NCBI GenBank assembly: GCA_023819145.1
Contig: JAMWCW010000009.1
Location: 1 to 63,025 of the forward strand
DNA length: 63,025 nt
Reading direction: 5' to 3'
Origin: Candidatus Omnitrophota bacterium
GTDB lineage: Bacteria > Omnitrophota > Gorgyraeia > DTHP01
Shown here: piece after piece, positions 17,192-26,271 of the stretch
Layout: each line of letters opens with the position of its first letter
Position numbering within the stretch: position 1 is the first letter of the stretch
Translations under genes and position numbers: made by a program
Notes under the pieces: generated by a model
The model's database searches: none
What the model was told of the DNA's origin: nothing
Seen by the model: the letters and a program-made list of their open reading frames with translations, nothing else

Positions 17192-19333
17192 TTATGATAA
17201 TGAGGGAAATCTTACTCTCAACAATTTAATAACCGCATCGGCAACCTCTTGCACCGTAATCCTCCGCATACATTCATAATCTTTACAGGCAGGCCTATAG
17301 CAAGGGCCACAGAATATTTTTTTATGTATTACAATAAGGTTATCTTTAGGATAAGCAATGTGTTTACGGTAGTCAGTGGGCCCAAATAAAGCCACCGTGG
17401 GAGTATCTACTGCCATAGCCAGATGAAGCGGACAGGAGTCTCCGGTAATATAAACTGCACAACGCTTTATAAGCGCAGCCAACTGTGAAATGGTAGTTCT
17501 GCCACAAGTATTTATGGGCTTGGTACGGAGTAGAACCTGATTGCGTTTTATCTCCTCTCTATCTTCTTCCGTACCCGTTATAATTATCCGTATCCCTTTT
17601 GAAGAAAGTTCTTCTGCTAAATAAGCAAATCTCTCTAAGGGCCAGCGTTTAGAAAACCAACGCGAACTCGCGCCGATATTCATCCCTACTAAAATCTGGG
17701 AGGCAGAGAGCCAGTTATTATTTAAAAAATTATCAATGTATTCTTCGTCTCTCTGGTCAATAAATAACTCTAATCGCTTGTCCTCACATTTTATACCAAA
17801 ACTATTTAATAACCTGAATTGGTGTTCAAGTGGAGAAATCGTCTCTTTAGTATCCTTTAGACGATAATTCAAAAGGAAAGAAAATTTTCCGTTATCATAA
17901 CCAATCCTCCGTGGAGAAAGCGAAAGATAAGACAAAAGGTGACTTGTTTTATTATTCTGCAGGTCGATTACCAAATCAAAAACATCATTGCGGAGTATTT
18001 TCCCTATTTCCTTTAACATTTGAAAACGGCTTTGATAGCGATTCTTGTCAATAATAACTACATCATCAACATAAGGAAGTTTTGCAATCATTTCCCGTGC
18101 TTGTCTACTAGTCAAAACAGTAATGCGTGCCTGAGGAAAATGTTTTTTTATTGCGCGAATGCTGGGTATTGCTAAAACAACATCTCCCAAAGCACTATAT
18201 TTAATTATTAAAATCCTCAACACTTGCAAAGCATCCTTATAAACCAAAAGAGTCTGTTCGGTCATTTTCCTCAAAGAAAAATCAATTTCTACATATTTCC
18301 TTGCTTTTTGAGCAAATTCCCTCGCCAATCCTCTTTCTCGCAAAAGTTTCGTAATCGCTTCCGCCAGTTCAGGAGGATTGCCTGGAGAAACTAAAAGTCC
18401 ATTTACTTTATCCTTTATTATGTCCATAACCCCGCCTACCTGCGTAGCTACCACCGGTACTCCGCAGGCACCTGCTTCAATAAGCACCCTTCCAAAAGCC
18501 TCATGGGTTGTGGTGGCCAAAACAAGAAGGTCTAAACTATGTAATAATTCCACAATGTTATCTATGTGTCCTACAAATTCCACATACCGCTCAAGCCCCA
18601 GTTGTCTAATGAGTAAATCCAATTCGCGTTTATACTCTCTTCTCCCTGGAGAAACCTCACCAGCAATAACAACTTTTACTTTAGGAACAATTCTTACTAC
18701 TTTCGCCATGGCTTTTAAGAAATCGGTATGACCCTTGAGGGGAGTAATCCTCCCAATCATCCCCACTTTACAGCCATCTTTCAGGTCCGATTTCGGTTCT
18801 TTGTATTGGAATAAGTTCAAATCTACTCCCCGATGAATGAGTCTGAGTCGATAGAAAGGAACGCCGAAATGGTTACGCATATGCTTGCCAATAACGGAAC
18901 TAACCACAATCACATATTTACCCCATTTCATTATGTGGCTGAATAGATGTCTTTTGTAATAACCATGGCAGGTAGTAAGAAAAACCATCCAATTAAGCAA
19001 ATCTTTTTTTGCAGAGCGTGAAAGATATAAACGATAGGCAAAATATCCTATCCAAGCGGGAACACGTGAGCGAGCATGAACTATATCTATTTTTTCCTGC
19101 TCTAATATTCTCGCCACTTTAAAAATCATACGTATTATCGTAAAGATAAATTTCTCATGGACGGGTAAAGTATAATGGATAACACCATTTTCCCTCAATT
19201 CCTTCACCAATCGTCCACCCTTAGAAATAACTATCGCTCTATGCCCATTCTGGACGAGGAACTTCGTCAGGTCAACGGTACCCCTTTCTACTCCGCCTTC
19301 ATTAAGTTGGGGTAAAAGTTGTAAAATATTCAT
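17192..19333 (-). CDS. Fusion protein: GT4 glycosyltransferase (N) + GT9 heptosyltransferase (C)
   Basis: 713 aa. The N-terminal half has NEGGVERGTVDL...HEAFGRVLIEAGACGVPVVATQVGGVMDII. The C-terminal half has LRILIIKYSALGDVVLAIPS...GDSCPLHLAMAVDTPTVALFGPTD. Confidence 0.85.
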   Translation of the reverse strand: MNILQLLPQLNEGGVERGTVDLTKFLVQNGHRAIVISKGGRLVKELRENGVIHYTLPVHEKFIFTIIRMIFKVARILEQEKIDIVHARSRVPAWIGYFAYRLYLSRSAKKDLLNWMVFLTTCHGYYKRHLFSHIMKWGKYVIVVSSVIGKHMRNHFGVPFYRLRLIHRGVDLNLFQYKEPKSDLKDGCKVGMIGRITPLKGHTDFLKAMAKVVRIVPKVKVVIAGEVSPGRREYKRELDLLIRQLGLERYVEFVGHIDNIVELLHSLDLLVLATTTHEAFGRVLIEAGACGVPVVATQVGGVMDIIKDKVNGLLVSPGNPPELAEAITKLLRERGLAREFAQKARKYVEIDFSLRKMTEQTLLVYKDALQVLRILIIKYSALGDVVLAIPSIRAIKKHFPQARITVLTSRQAREMIAKLPYVDDVVIIDKNRYQSRFQMLKEIGKILRNDVFDLVIDLQNNKTSHLLSYLSLSPRRIGYDNGKFSFLLNYRLKDTKETISPLEHQFRLLNSFGIKCEDKRLELFIDQRDEEYIDNFLNNNWLSASQILVGMNIGASSRWFSKRWPLERFAYLAEELSSKGIRIIITGTEEDREEIKRNQVLLRTKPINTCGRTTISQLAALIKRCAVYITGDSCPLHLAMAVDTPTVALFGPTDYRKHIAYPKDNLIVIHKKIFCGPCYRPACKDYECMRRITVQEVADAVIKLLRVRFPSLS

Positions 19334-19344
19334 TCTATAAAATA

Positions 19345-21300
19345 TCAGGTTATTAGATTTTTTATTTTACCATAAAGGTATGCTCTGTCCTCAAAAAAAT
19401 CTTTTATATGTGGCTTTTGTAAAATTGATACTATCTCTTCTCCAACCTCAGCTGGACTTACCAAACTTATATAACCACAAGCTTCCAGATTTCCTAAGAA
19501 TCTTTCCTGTTTTGTATCGATTTTTAATCCCTTTTTCTCAGCCTCAAAAACAACCACGGGCTTCTTAGAACTCAATGCCTCTGAGACCATGGAAATGCTC
19601 TCTCCGGAAACAACCACAACATCCGCTAATCCCAAAATACCCCCAACCGCTTTTTCGATGTTTTTTTCATTAGCAATTATTAAGAGAGGACAAATTGAAG
19701 TTCCAAGAAGTCTCTTTTTAATCAAGTTGTCTATTTGGGGAGATGTTCTGCGGGAGGTAGTAACCAATAATTCTATTCCCCTAATTCTAGTTAACCCTAT
19801 TAACTCATCTATTACCTTATCTATCACTTCCTCAGTTAAAGTGTAGTTTTTTGTTTCTCCTCCGATTAAAACCCCAATTTTTAATCTATCGTTTTTCAAA
19901 ATAAAACCCGCTTCTTTTAAATTCTTTTTTCCCTCTTCCATTGTCTTCTCATTAATTAAATTAAGCGCCGTATGCGTAACGGCAATATTGCGCAACTTCC
20001 GTGGCTGGTCATGGAAAGGAATAACCGCCAAATCAAATCTTTTAAGAGATACTAATCCGGGTTTCATAATTACAATACTTTTGGCTCGGTTTTCCTCCGC
20101 AAGAAACAAATTAACTGCAGAAAGATTTACCCCACAGGAAATAATTATATCGCCATGTAAAGAAACAACTTGGTTATAAGATTCTTTCCTTAAACATACT
20201 CTTAAACATCTCAAGCATCCACGACAATTATCACGCGCAAAAAAACCTAATACATTGATTAGATATCTTGCAAAGAGGTTTCTAAAACTGATTTCTATCT
20301 CCCTAATTTCCAACAGGTTATTCTTTTGGTCATCAGATAAAACTGCAAATCTTTCTTCCCAAACCTCTCTAACCATATTAGCCAGGGCCCTTGCTTGGTT
20401 AAGATGCCCCGCTTTACCATCGGAGAGAATGATAATTCTCCTGTTTGGGCTACCTTTCCAACGATGGTGAAACCAGAGCCACTGATGAGGATATTTCTCT
20501 ATGTATTTTTCAAGAATAATGTGAAATTGTCTTAAAAAATATTTATCCTCTTTTTCTATCGGCAACTCATCTCCAACTTCAATACGATGATATGGACCGT
20601 CCTCTCTTATTATAAACACTGGAAGGACACCCGCCCCTGTATGACGGCTTATCTCTACTACCCCCGAAGGCGTCCACGCTAAAAGAGAAAACAACTCTAC
20701 CAGCATACCGCTTTTTCCTGATTTCTGGTCTCCGAGGATGCCTACAATATTGTTTTTTCTTAAACTGCTCAAAATATCGCGCATAAACGAACCACGCACA
20801 ACTACCTTTGCTCCCAATCGCCCCCGATAATGATTAAGCAGTTCATTTAAACGGTGAGGTTTCTGTTGACGGGCTAAAACTACCATCGGATATCCTTTTA
20901 TCTGAGCTACCAACGAAGAAAGTTCCCAGTTACCAAAATGAGCGGTGAGAAAAATTAATCCTTTACCCCTCTGTAAGACCTTTTTGATTTTGTCTTCTCC
21001 AATTATCTTTATGTATTTATCTACATACCGTTGATTTATGCGTGGAAAATAGAGAAACTCTATTAAATTCATTGAAAGATTACGAAATAATTCTTTTACT
21101 ATCCCTCTTCTCCGTTCCATAGATAGATGTCCCTCGAGGGCTAATTTCAAATTTAGATACGCCAACTTTGCTCTCTTCGCCAGAAGGTAATACAATATTG
21201 TGCCCAGACAACGAGCAAAGAAAAGAGAAACCTTAATAGGCATAAGACAGACTAAAAAACTCAAGAATCTAACCGTTATGTAAAGTAGATAATCGACCAT
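19345..21300 (-). CDS. Fusion protein: LpxL/HtrB-type lipid A acyltransferase (N) + ELM1/DUF1022-like GT-B-like domain (C)
   Basis: 651 aa. The N-terminal half has TAHFGNWE (HX4E) and YPHQWLWFHHRWK, as in Lip_A_acyltrans. The C-terminal half starts IIILSDGKAGHLNQARALANMV, the hallmark of the ELM1 family. Confidence 0.75.
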   Translation of the reverse strand: MVDYLLYITVRFLSFLVCLMPIKVSLFFARCLGTILYYLLAKRAKLAYLNLKLALEGHLSMERRRGIVKELFRNLSMNLIEFLYFPRINQRYVDKYIKIIGEDKIKKVLQRGKGLIFLTAHFGNWELSSLVAQIKGYPMVVLARQQKPHRLNELLNHYRGRLGAKVVVRGSFMRDILSSLRKNNIVGILGDQKSGKSGMLVELFSLLAWTPSGVVEISRHTGAGVLPVFIIREDGPYHRIEVGDELPIEKEDKYFLRQFHIILEKYIEKYPHQWLWFHHRWKGSPNRRIIILSDGKAGHLNQARALANMVREVWEERFAVLSDDQKNNLLEIREIEISFRNLFARYLINVLGFFARDNCRGCLRCLRVCLRKESYNQVVSLHGDIIISCGVNLSAVNLFLAEENRAKSIVIMKPGLVSLKRFDLAVIPFHDQPRKLRNIAVTHTALNLINEKTMEEGKKNLKEAGFILKNDRLKIGVLIGGETKNYTLTEEVIDKVIDELIGLTRIRGIELLVTTSRRTSPQIDNLIKKRLLGTSICPLLIIANEKNIEKAVGGILGLADVVVVSGESISMVSEALSSKKPVVVFEAEKKGLKIDTKQERFLGNLEACGYISLVSPAEVGEEIVSILQKPHIKDFFEDRAYLYGKIKNLIT

Positions 21301-22357
21301 AAAATATCTCAGATTCTAAAATTTTCATTTCCACTGCTAAACTAAAAAGATGCAAAGTATTAGAATATTTTTTTATAATCTCAAGCAAGGGAGTTAATCT
21401 CACCGCATCTTTTTCGGTAGTGAGTAAAATTTTAACGCCATTTCCAATACAAGAAGAAAAAATCTTAAGTAAATCAGGCTCTTTATAGCAATAATGGTCC
21501 AAGAATTCAAAAACCAATTTTATATTGCCCCCCAATTTCTCTACTGTAAATTTAAAAGATTGAGGTGAAGCTATCCCTGAGAATATACACACATCTTTTC
21601 CTTTTATAATACTTAAATCTTTCTTCTCCCCATTGGCTAAATTCTGTAAAAATTGAGGGAGATAAATGGCATTAAAAATTTGAGCCCTATGATTAATTCT
21701 CTCTAACTCGTATTTCAGCCTATCTAAACTACTTTTTTCTTTCACCAAATCCGTCTTGTTAATAACAAAAAAATCAGCCCTCTTTAAAGAAGAAATCGGC
21801 TCCCGTAAAATACCGCGGGGGATAAGCCAGCCATTACCAAAAGGGTTAATACCGTCGATAACAACTATTTCTAAATCTTTCTTTATTCCCCACTGTTGAA
21901 ATCCATCGTCCAAAATAACTATATCGGCGTGGTATTCTTGTAAAGCTTTATTTATGCCTCTCTTACGGTTAGAGTCAACAACAATGGGAATATCAGCTAA
22001 TTTATGCGATAGCAAAAGTATTTCATCGGTAGGTAATTTAAAGTATTTATGTCCACCGTATCCGCGTGACAATATAACTACACGGTTTCCTTGGGTTCTA
22101 AAATATCTTGTTATACTTTCCACGAGGGGAGTCTTTCCCGTTCCTCCCCAGGTAATATTACCGATGCTCACTACTTTAGCATCAAAAGATTTCCTCTTAC
22201 ATAAATTTTTGTCATATAAAAATAAAATCAGCTTGATGAAGAAAAGATAAACAAAAGAAATAACTAAAAAGATGAATTTAATTAAATTTGCTATAAAAGA
22301 ATATTTTTTATCGGTAATTACCTTGTAAATATAATTTCTAACCCTGTAGCGCACCAT
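21269..22357 (-). CDS. lpxK: Tetraacyldisaccharide 4'-kinase
   Basis: P-loop in LpxK context (VVSIGNITWGGTGKTPLVE); 362 aa. Confidence 0.9.
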   Translation of the reverse strand: MVRYRVRNYIYKVITDKKYSFIANLIKFIFLVISFVYLFFIKLILFLYDKNLCKRKSFDAKVVSIGNITWGGTGKTPLVESITRYFRTQGNRVVILSRGYGGHKYFKLPTDEILLLSHKLADIPIVVDSNRKRGINKALQEYHADIVILDDGFQQWGIKKDLEIVVIDGINPFGNGWLIPRGILREPISSLKRADFFVINKTDLVKEKSSLDRLKYELERINHRAQIFNAIYLPQFLQNLANGEKKDLSIIKGKDVCIFSGIASPQSFKFTVEKLGGNIKLVFEFLDHYCYKEPDLLKIFSSCIGNGVKILLTTEKDAVRLTPLLEIIKKYSNTLHLFSLAVEMKILESEIFYGRLSTLHNG

Positions 22358-23873
22358 TATTTTTCTCTTTAATTTCTCCTACAGACTTATACAAATATCT
22401 AACAAAATCTTCTGCTTCTTTTTTATCTTTTATTCTCTTCTCTACCTGGGCTTCTTCTAAAGTCTTTAATATTTTACCCACTAATGGACCTGGTGAGATA
22501 TTTAATATCTGCATCACCTCTTCGCCATTTAATATTCTTGGCGGTTTTACGATATCCTGTTCATAAAAATATGCCTGAATAAGATGAAGAAGATATTTTT
22601 TGAATTCTCTCCGACTCTGGGAGGTGGTCAACGGACCGCGCGTAGAAAATTTATCTGCAAGAGCAACCAATATAAGCGCAATGCTCTCTTCTCCGCCAAC
22701 ACGGAAAAAACGCAGTTTTGCACGCGGAGAAACATCTTTTGTATCTACAAGATATCCGGGACGAAGATGTAAATTAATTAGCTTTATAAGTATATTCTCC
22801 TCACGAGAAGAAAGTTTTAATCTCTCAATTATTTTACATGCTAATTCTGCCCCCAGCTTTTCATGCCCAATAAAACGAATTTTGCCATCAGCGGTAATCT
22901 CTTTAGCCCACGGTTTACCTAAATCATGAAACAGCGCTCCTAATTTTAATACAAACAACCTTTTTCTTACACCGGCAATTCTTTCTTCCAAATATTCTCT
23001 AATCCTTTTTCCGATTAATTTTTTAGAGTACAATTGGGCAAGAAGTTTCTCTAGCTCTTTTAAAGTTCTTAAAGAATGCTTCCAAACATCCAGATGATGA
23101 TAAGGGCCTTGCTCTACTCCCCGCATTCCAATGATAAGAGGAAATATTTTATCTAAAACTCCTAAACCGTCCATCTTTCTTATCATTTCATAGGAAAAGG
23201 GCGTTTCCAAAATACGTGCAAGTTGCTCGGTAATTCTTTCTCCAGCAACTCCAGATAAAAGAGAGGCTTCCTTTTTAATCAAACTTTCTGTAAAAGGCGC
23301 AATTCTAAAACCTAATTCCTGAGAAAAAGTAAAGGCACGAACTATCCTTAAAGGGTCATCAATAAAACTTTTCTCGGATACTACACGGATTGTCTTCTTT
23401 TTCATATCCTCAAGACCTCCCCAAGGGTCAATCAGCTTAAACAAATTTTTGTCTCTTAAACCCTTTAAATCCAAAGCCAACGCGTTAACTGTAAAATCAC
23501 GCAAATAGAGGTCCTCTGCGATATTGGCTCCACGAAATTGGCTAAAATCAAATTGATATGGTTTTTCACCGTCGAAAACTATACGAAAAGTCTTACTTTT
23601 TTCATCCAGAATAACAAAATGTCCCTTTAGTTGGCAAGAAAGAAACTGAGTAAAATCTTTTACCTCTCCACTAACTGCAAAATCTATCTCTACTACCTCC
23701 TTAACAGATACTCTATTGAGTAATAAATCCCTGATTATACCACCAACAATAAAAACATCTACGGACTTCTTCCGCTGTAGAACACATAGGTCCTTTAAAT
23801 AAGAAATGTTAGATAAACTCTTCCAGAGCCTAGCCACATCTATCTTCATCCTTAACATAACCCTTAAAACCAT
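22338..23873 (-). CDS. cca: CCA-adding enzyme / poly(A) polymerase family tRNA nucleotidyltransferase with HD domain
   Basis: VFIVGGIIRDLLL (GGxxRD), the RDFTVNALA motif, and an HD region LFHDLGK. The start is uncertain: ATGs occur at 23873, 23858 and 23849, and the first abuts a hairpin. Confidence 0.8.
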   Translation of the reverse strand: MVLRVMLRMKIDVARLWKSLSNISYLKDLCVLQRKKSVDVFIVGGIIRDLLLNRVSVKEVVEIDFAVSGEVKDFTQFLSCQLKGHFVILDEKSKTFRIVFDGEKPYQFDFSQFRGANIAEDLYLRDFTVNALALDLKGLRDKNLFKLIDPWGGLEDMKKKTIRVVSEKSFIDDPLRIVRAFTFSQELGFRIAPFTESLIKKEASLLSGVAGERITEQLARILETPFSYEMIRKMDGLGVLDKIFPLIIGMRGVEQGPYHHLDVWKHSLRTLKELEKLLAQLYSKKLIGKRIREYLEERIAGVRKRLFVLKLGALFHDLGKPWAKEITADGKIRFIGHEKLGAELACKIIERLKLSSREENILIKLINLHLRPGYLVDTKDVSPRAKLRFFRVGGEESIALILVALADKFSTRGPLTTSQSRREFKKYLLHLIQAYFYEQDIVKPPRILNGEEVMQILNISPGPLVGKILKTLEEAQVEKRIKDKKEAEDFVRYLYKSVGEIKEKNNGALQG

Positions 23874-23875
23874 AA

Positions 23876-23895
23876 ATGAGCCCTTGCGGGCTCAT
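23876..23895 (-). terminator. Hairpin, candidate intrinsic terminator after the small membrane-protein gene
   Basis: ATGAGCCC-TTGC-GGGCTCAT forms a perfect 8-bp stem. On the minus strand it is followed by TTATGGTTTTAAGG. Confidence 0.4.
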
Positions 23896-23980
23896 CTACA
23901 AGATAATTTATTTATAATATTAATTAACAATTTGCTTAATATGAAAAACAGACAAGGGGAGGCTGTTTTAAAAAACGCTT

Positions 23981-24202
23981 CTATTTTTTTTCTTCTTCTT
24001 TCTTTTCCTTTGCTCTTGCTATGGCATCCTTTACTTCACCAATACCAGCAATTAAAGCAATCAATCCTCCAAAGATAAGCATCGGTGGAACGCTACCTTT
24101 TAAAACGGTAAGAAAATTTCCCCACCACCATTTTGGGGTTAAGAACAAAATCCCTAAAGCAATACTTACAAGCCCTCCAATAATTGCTAAAAACTTACCC
24201 AC
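23981..24202 (-). CDS. Small two-TM membrane protein with Lys/Glu-rich tail
   Basis: 73 aa: MGKFLAIIGGLVSIALGILFLTPKWWWGNFLTVLKGSVPPMLIFGGLIALIAGIGEVKDAIARAKEKKEEEKK. It uses a GTG start preceded by GGAGGTGA 6 nt upstream. Confidence 0.6.
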   Translation of the reverse strand: MGKFLAIIGGLVSIALGILFLTPKWWWGNFLTVLKGSVPPMLIFGGLIALIAGIGEVKDAIARAKEKKEEEKK

Positions 24203-24294
24203 TTAAATCACCTCCCTCATCCAGATAATAAAACCAACCTCCCCTAATTAGGAGATTTTAACACAGAGAAAATTCAAAAGGCAAGGGAAAAATT

Positions 24295-24726
24295 TTATTT
24301 TTCCTGAAGTATCTTTCTTGCCTTTTCCATTGTTTCTCTCTCAGATTTATATGACAATCTGTTAATTGCCTCATCTATCTCCAGCCATTCCACACTATCT
24401 ACTTCCCAATTGTGATCTTCAATATTTCCATTCGTGTATTTAAATAGAAAAAAGTCCACCGTTTTAGAAAAAATAGTTCCCTCTTCTTTGGAAGAATAAA
24501 AATAATGGATAGAGTTCAGTTTCTGAATCAACTGACCTTCTAAACCTGTTTCTTCTTTTACCTCACGTATTGCTGCCTCTTCGGGAGATTCTCCTGGTTC
24601 TATTTTACCTTTGGGAAGGCACCATATAGTATTCTTATTGCGAGAAATCAAAGCCACTTCAAGCCTGCCTTCTTTCTCGCGAAAAACCACTCCCCCTGCG
24701 GAATGCTGTTTTTTTGTTTTAAACAT
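24295..24726 (-). CDS. NUDIX hydrolase
   Basis: Nudix box GKIEPGESPEEAAIREVKEETGL. Confidence 0.85.
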   Translation of the reverse strand: MFKTKKQHSAGGVVFREKEGRLEVALISRNKNTIWCLPKGKIEPGESPEEAAIREVKEETGLEGQLIQKLNSIHYFYSSKEEGTIFSKTVDFFLFKYTNGNIEDHNWEVDSVEWLEIDEAINRLSYKSERETMEKARKILQEK

Positions 24727-24750
24727 AGAACTTACCTCCTCTGTCTATCC

Positions 24751-25647
24751 TTAAATTCTCCATCTCCGATCAATCCAACTCCATTGTTCAGGATATTGCT
24801 CTATAACATCTTGCAGTAAAATAACTAAATTCTGAGTATTATCAAAAATGGTCCGCTCAATATTTTCTTTATGTGCAATCTTAAACTCCGGATATACTAT
24901 GAGTTTATGTCTCTCTTGTTCTCTTAGTATAAACATGGGAATTATGTTTGCACCGGTGCGTAGAGACAAAATTACTGGACCGGCAGGTGCCGAGGTGTAA
25001 CGATTAAAAAATTTAACAAATAAACCCGAACTGCCCGCATCCTGGTCTATAAGAATAATCAAAATCTCATTGTTTCTAAGAACTTCTATGGATCTCTCCA
25101 CACATCTTATTGCAGGCTTAGTAAATATCGGTCTAACTTTCTGCATGCGTAATCCTCTCCCCAAAACATTTGCCATTTTCTCATCACGTGGGGTGCGCAA
25201 AATATAGTTAACGGGATATCCGTATTCTGACAATACTCCTCCCAAAATAGTAAAAGCCCCGATATGAGCAGTTATCCCGATTATTCCTTTATGTGCCTTT
25301 AAAGCATCATCAATTATTTTACGATTCTCTAAATATGCCAAATTTTTTCTTCTTCGAGAATGAACTAAGAACCATAAAGTATCAGATGTATTTGCTCCTA
25401 AAAAGAGCGTTGATTTGTATAAAATATTCCTCCTTTCATTATTATTCTTCTGCGGAAAAACAACCCTCAGATTATTAAGCGCCAATTGCCGATAGTATTT
25501 TGAAACCTTGTAGAAAATCTTACCAAGTAAAACACCAAGTTTACGTAAGAAAGAAAGAGGAATAAAATAAACGACAACCGCCAATAATCTTAGAAACAGA
25601 CGGACAAAAGAATAACGGATGGTTCTCTCAATTTTTCTTATCTGCAT
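24751..25647 (-). CDS. LpxL/HtrB-family lysophospholipid/lipid A acyltransferase (divergent active-site motif)
   Basis: 298 aa with an N-terminal TM helix. TAHIGAFT occupies the HX4(D/E) position. The C-terminus is YPEQWSWIDRRWR, as in Lip_A_acyltrans. Confidence 0.75.
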   Translation of the reverse strand: MQIRKIERTIRYSFVRLFLRLLAVVVYFIPLSFLRKLGVLLGKIFYKVSKYYRQLALNNLRVVFPQKNNNERRNILYKSTLFLGANTSDTLWFLVHSRRRKNLAYLENRKIIDDALKAHKGIIGITAHIGAFTILGGVLSEYGYPVNYILRTPRDEKMANVLGRGLRMQKVRPIFTKPAIRCVERSIEVLRNNEILIILIDQDAGSSGLFVKFFNRYTSAPAGPVILSLRTGANIIPMFILREQERHKLIVYPEFKIAHKENIERTIFDNTQNLVILLQDVIEQYPEQWSWIDRRWRI

Positions 25648-25731
25648 TTAGAAAACCCCTCAGCTAAAATGGTTCGTTCTCACGCAATATAAATTATAAC
25701 AGAAAACCAAGAAATAATTATAAAATTTTTC

Positions 25732-25760
25732 TTGACTTAAAATTTATCCTGTGAGAAAAT
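25732..25760 (+). promoter_or_regulatory. Candidate promoter of the ybaK-like gene
   Basis: TTGACT (25732-25737), a 17-nt spacer, then GAAAAT (25755-25760). AAGGAGG lies 5 nt before the ATG at 25796. Confidence 0.3.
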
Positions 25761-25795
25761 CCGAATCAAAATAACAGTTTTAAAAAGGAGGAATC

Positions 25796-26266
25796 ATGGG
25801 CATACCCAGAAAAATCATTAACTATCTAAAGAAAAATAAGGTCAACTATAAAACTCTAAAACATGAAATCGCCTATACCGCTCAAGAAATCGCTGCTCTG
25901 CAACATGTCTCTGGTAACCGCGTAGCAAAGACAGTTTTGATAAAGACAGATAAAAATTTTCTGCTCGCAGTTCTACCTGCAACTTATCTGATTGATTTTA
26001 ACAAAATCAAAAAGATTGCTAAGGTTAAAAAAACTATGCTTGCTAAGGAAGAAGATATGAATAAATTGTTCCCCGATATTGAACCGGGGGCAATGCCTCC
26101 CTTGGGACCATTATTAAATCTTCCTGTATATGTGGATAAATCATTGACAGAAAACACAGAAATCGTCTTCAATGCAGGAACCCATTCAGATATGATTAAG
26201 ATGAAATATAAAGACTTTGAAAAAATAAATAAGCCCGTAGTGGGTAACTTTGGAAAACACGTCTAA
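25796..26266 (+). CDS. YbaK/EbsC-type aminoacyl-tRNA deacylase domain protein
   Basis: 156 aa. The pattern AKTVLIKTDKNFLLAVLPA...FPDIEPGAMPPLG...VFNAGTHSD is typical of the YbaK/ProX editing-domain family. It is one of only two plus-strand genes. Confidence 0.75.
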   Translation: MGIPRKIINYLKKNKVNYKTLKHEIAYTAQEIAALQHVSGNRVAKTVLIKTDKNFLLAVLPATYLIDFNKIKKIAKVKKTMLAKEEDMNKLFPDIEPGAMPPLGPLLNLPVYVDKSLTENTEIVFNAGTHSDMIKMKYKDFEKINKPVVGNFGKHV

Positions 26267-26271
26267 AAGAA

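Noticed and set aside
17186-17200. Palindrome TCATTATGATAATGA / triple stop TAATGATAA followed directly by ATG between two glycosyltransferase genes
   Set aside because: It is explained by stop codons plus the next start codon. There is no evidence of a regulatory role.
23981-24202. Idea that the 73-aa two-TM protein (LTPKWWWGNFLTVLKGSVPPMLIFGGLIALIAG) is a magnetosome MamI-like protein
   Set aside because: It rests only on a vague recollection of similar topology and a Trp cluster. No other mam-like genes are in the window, and it cannot be supported without a profile search.
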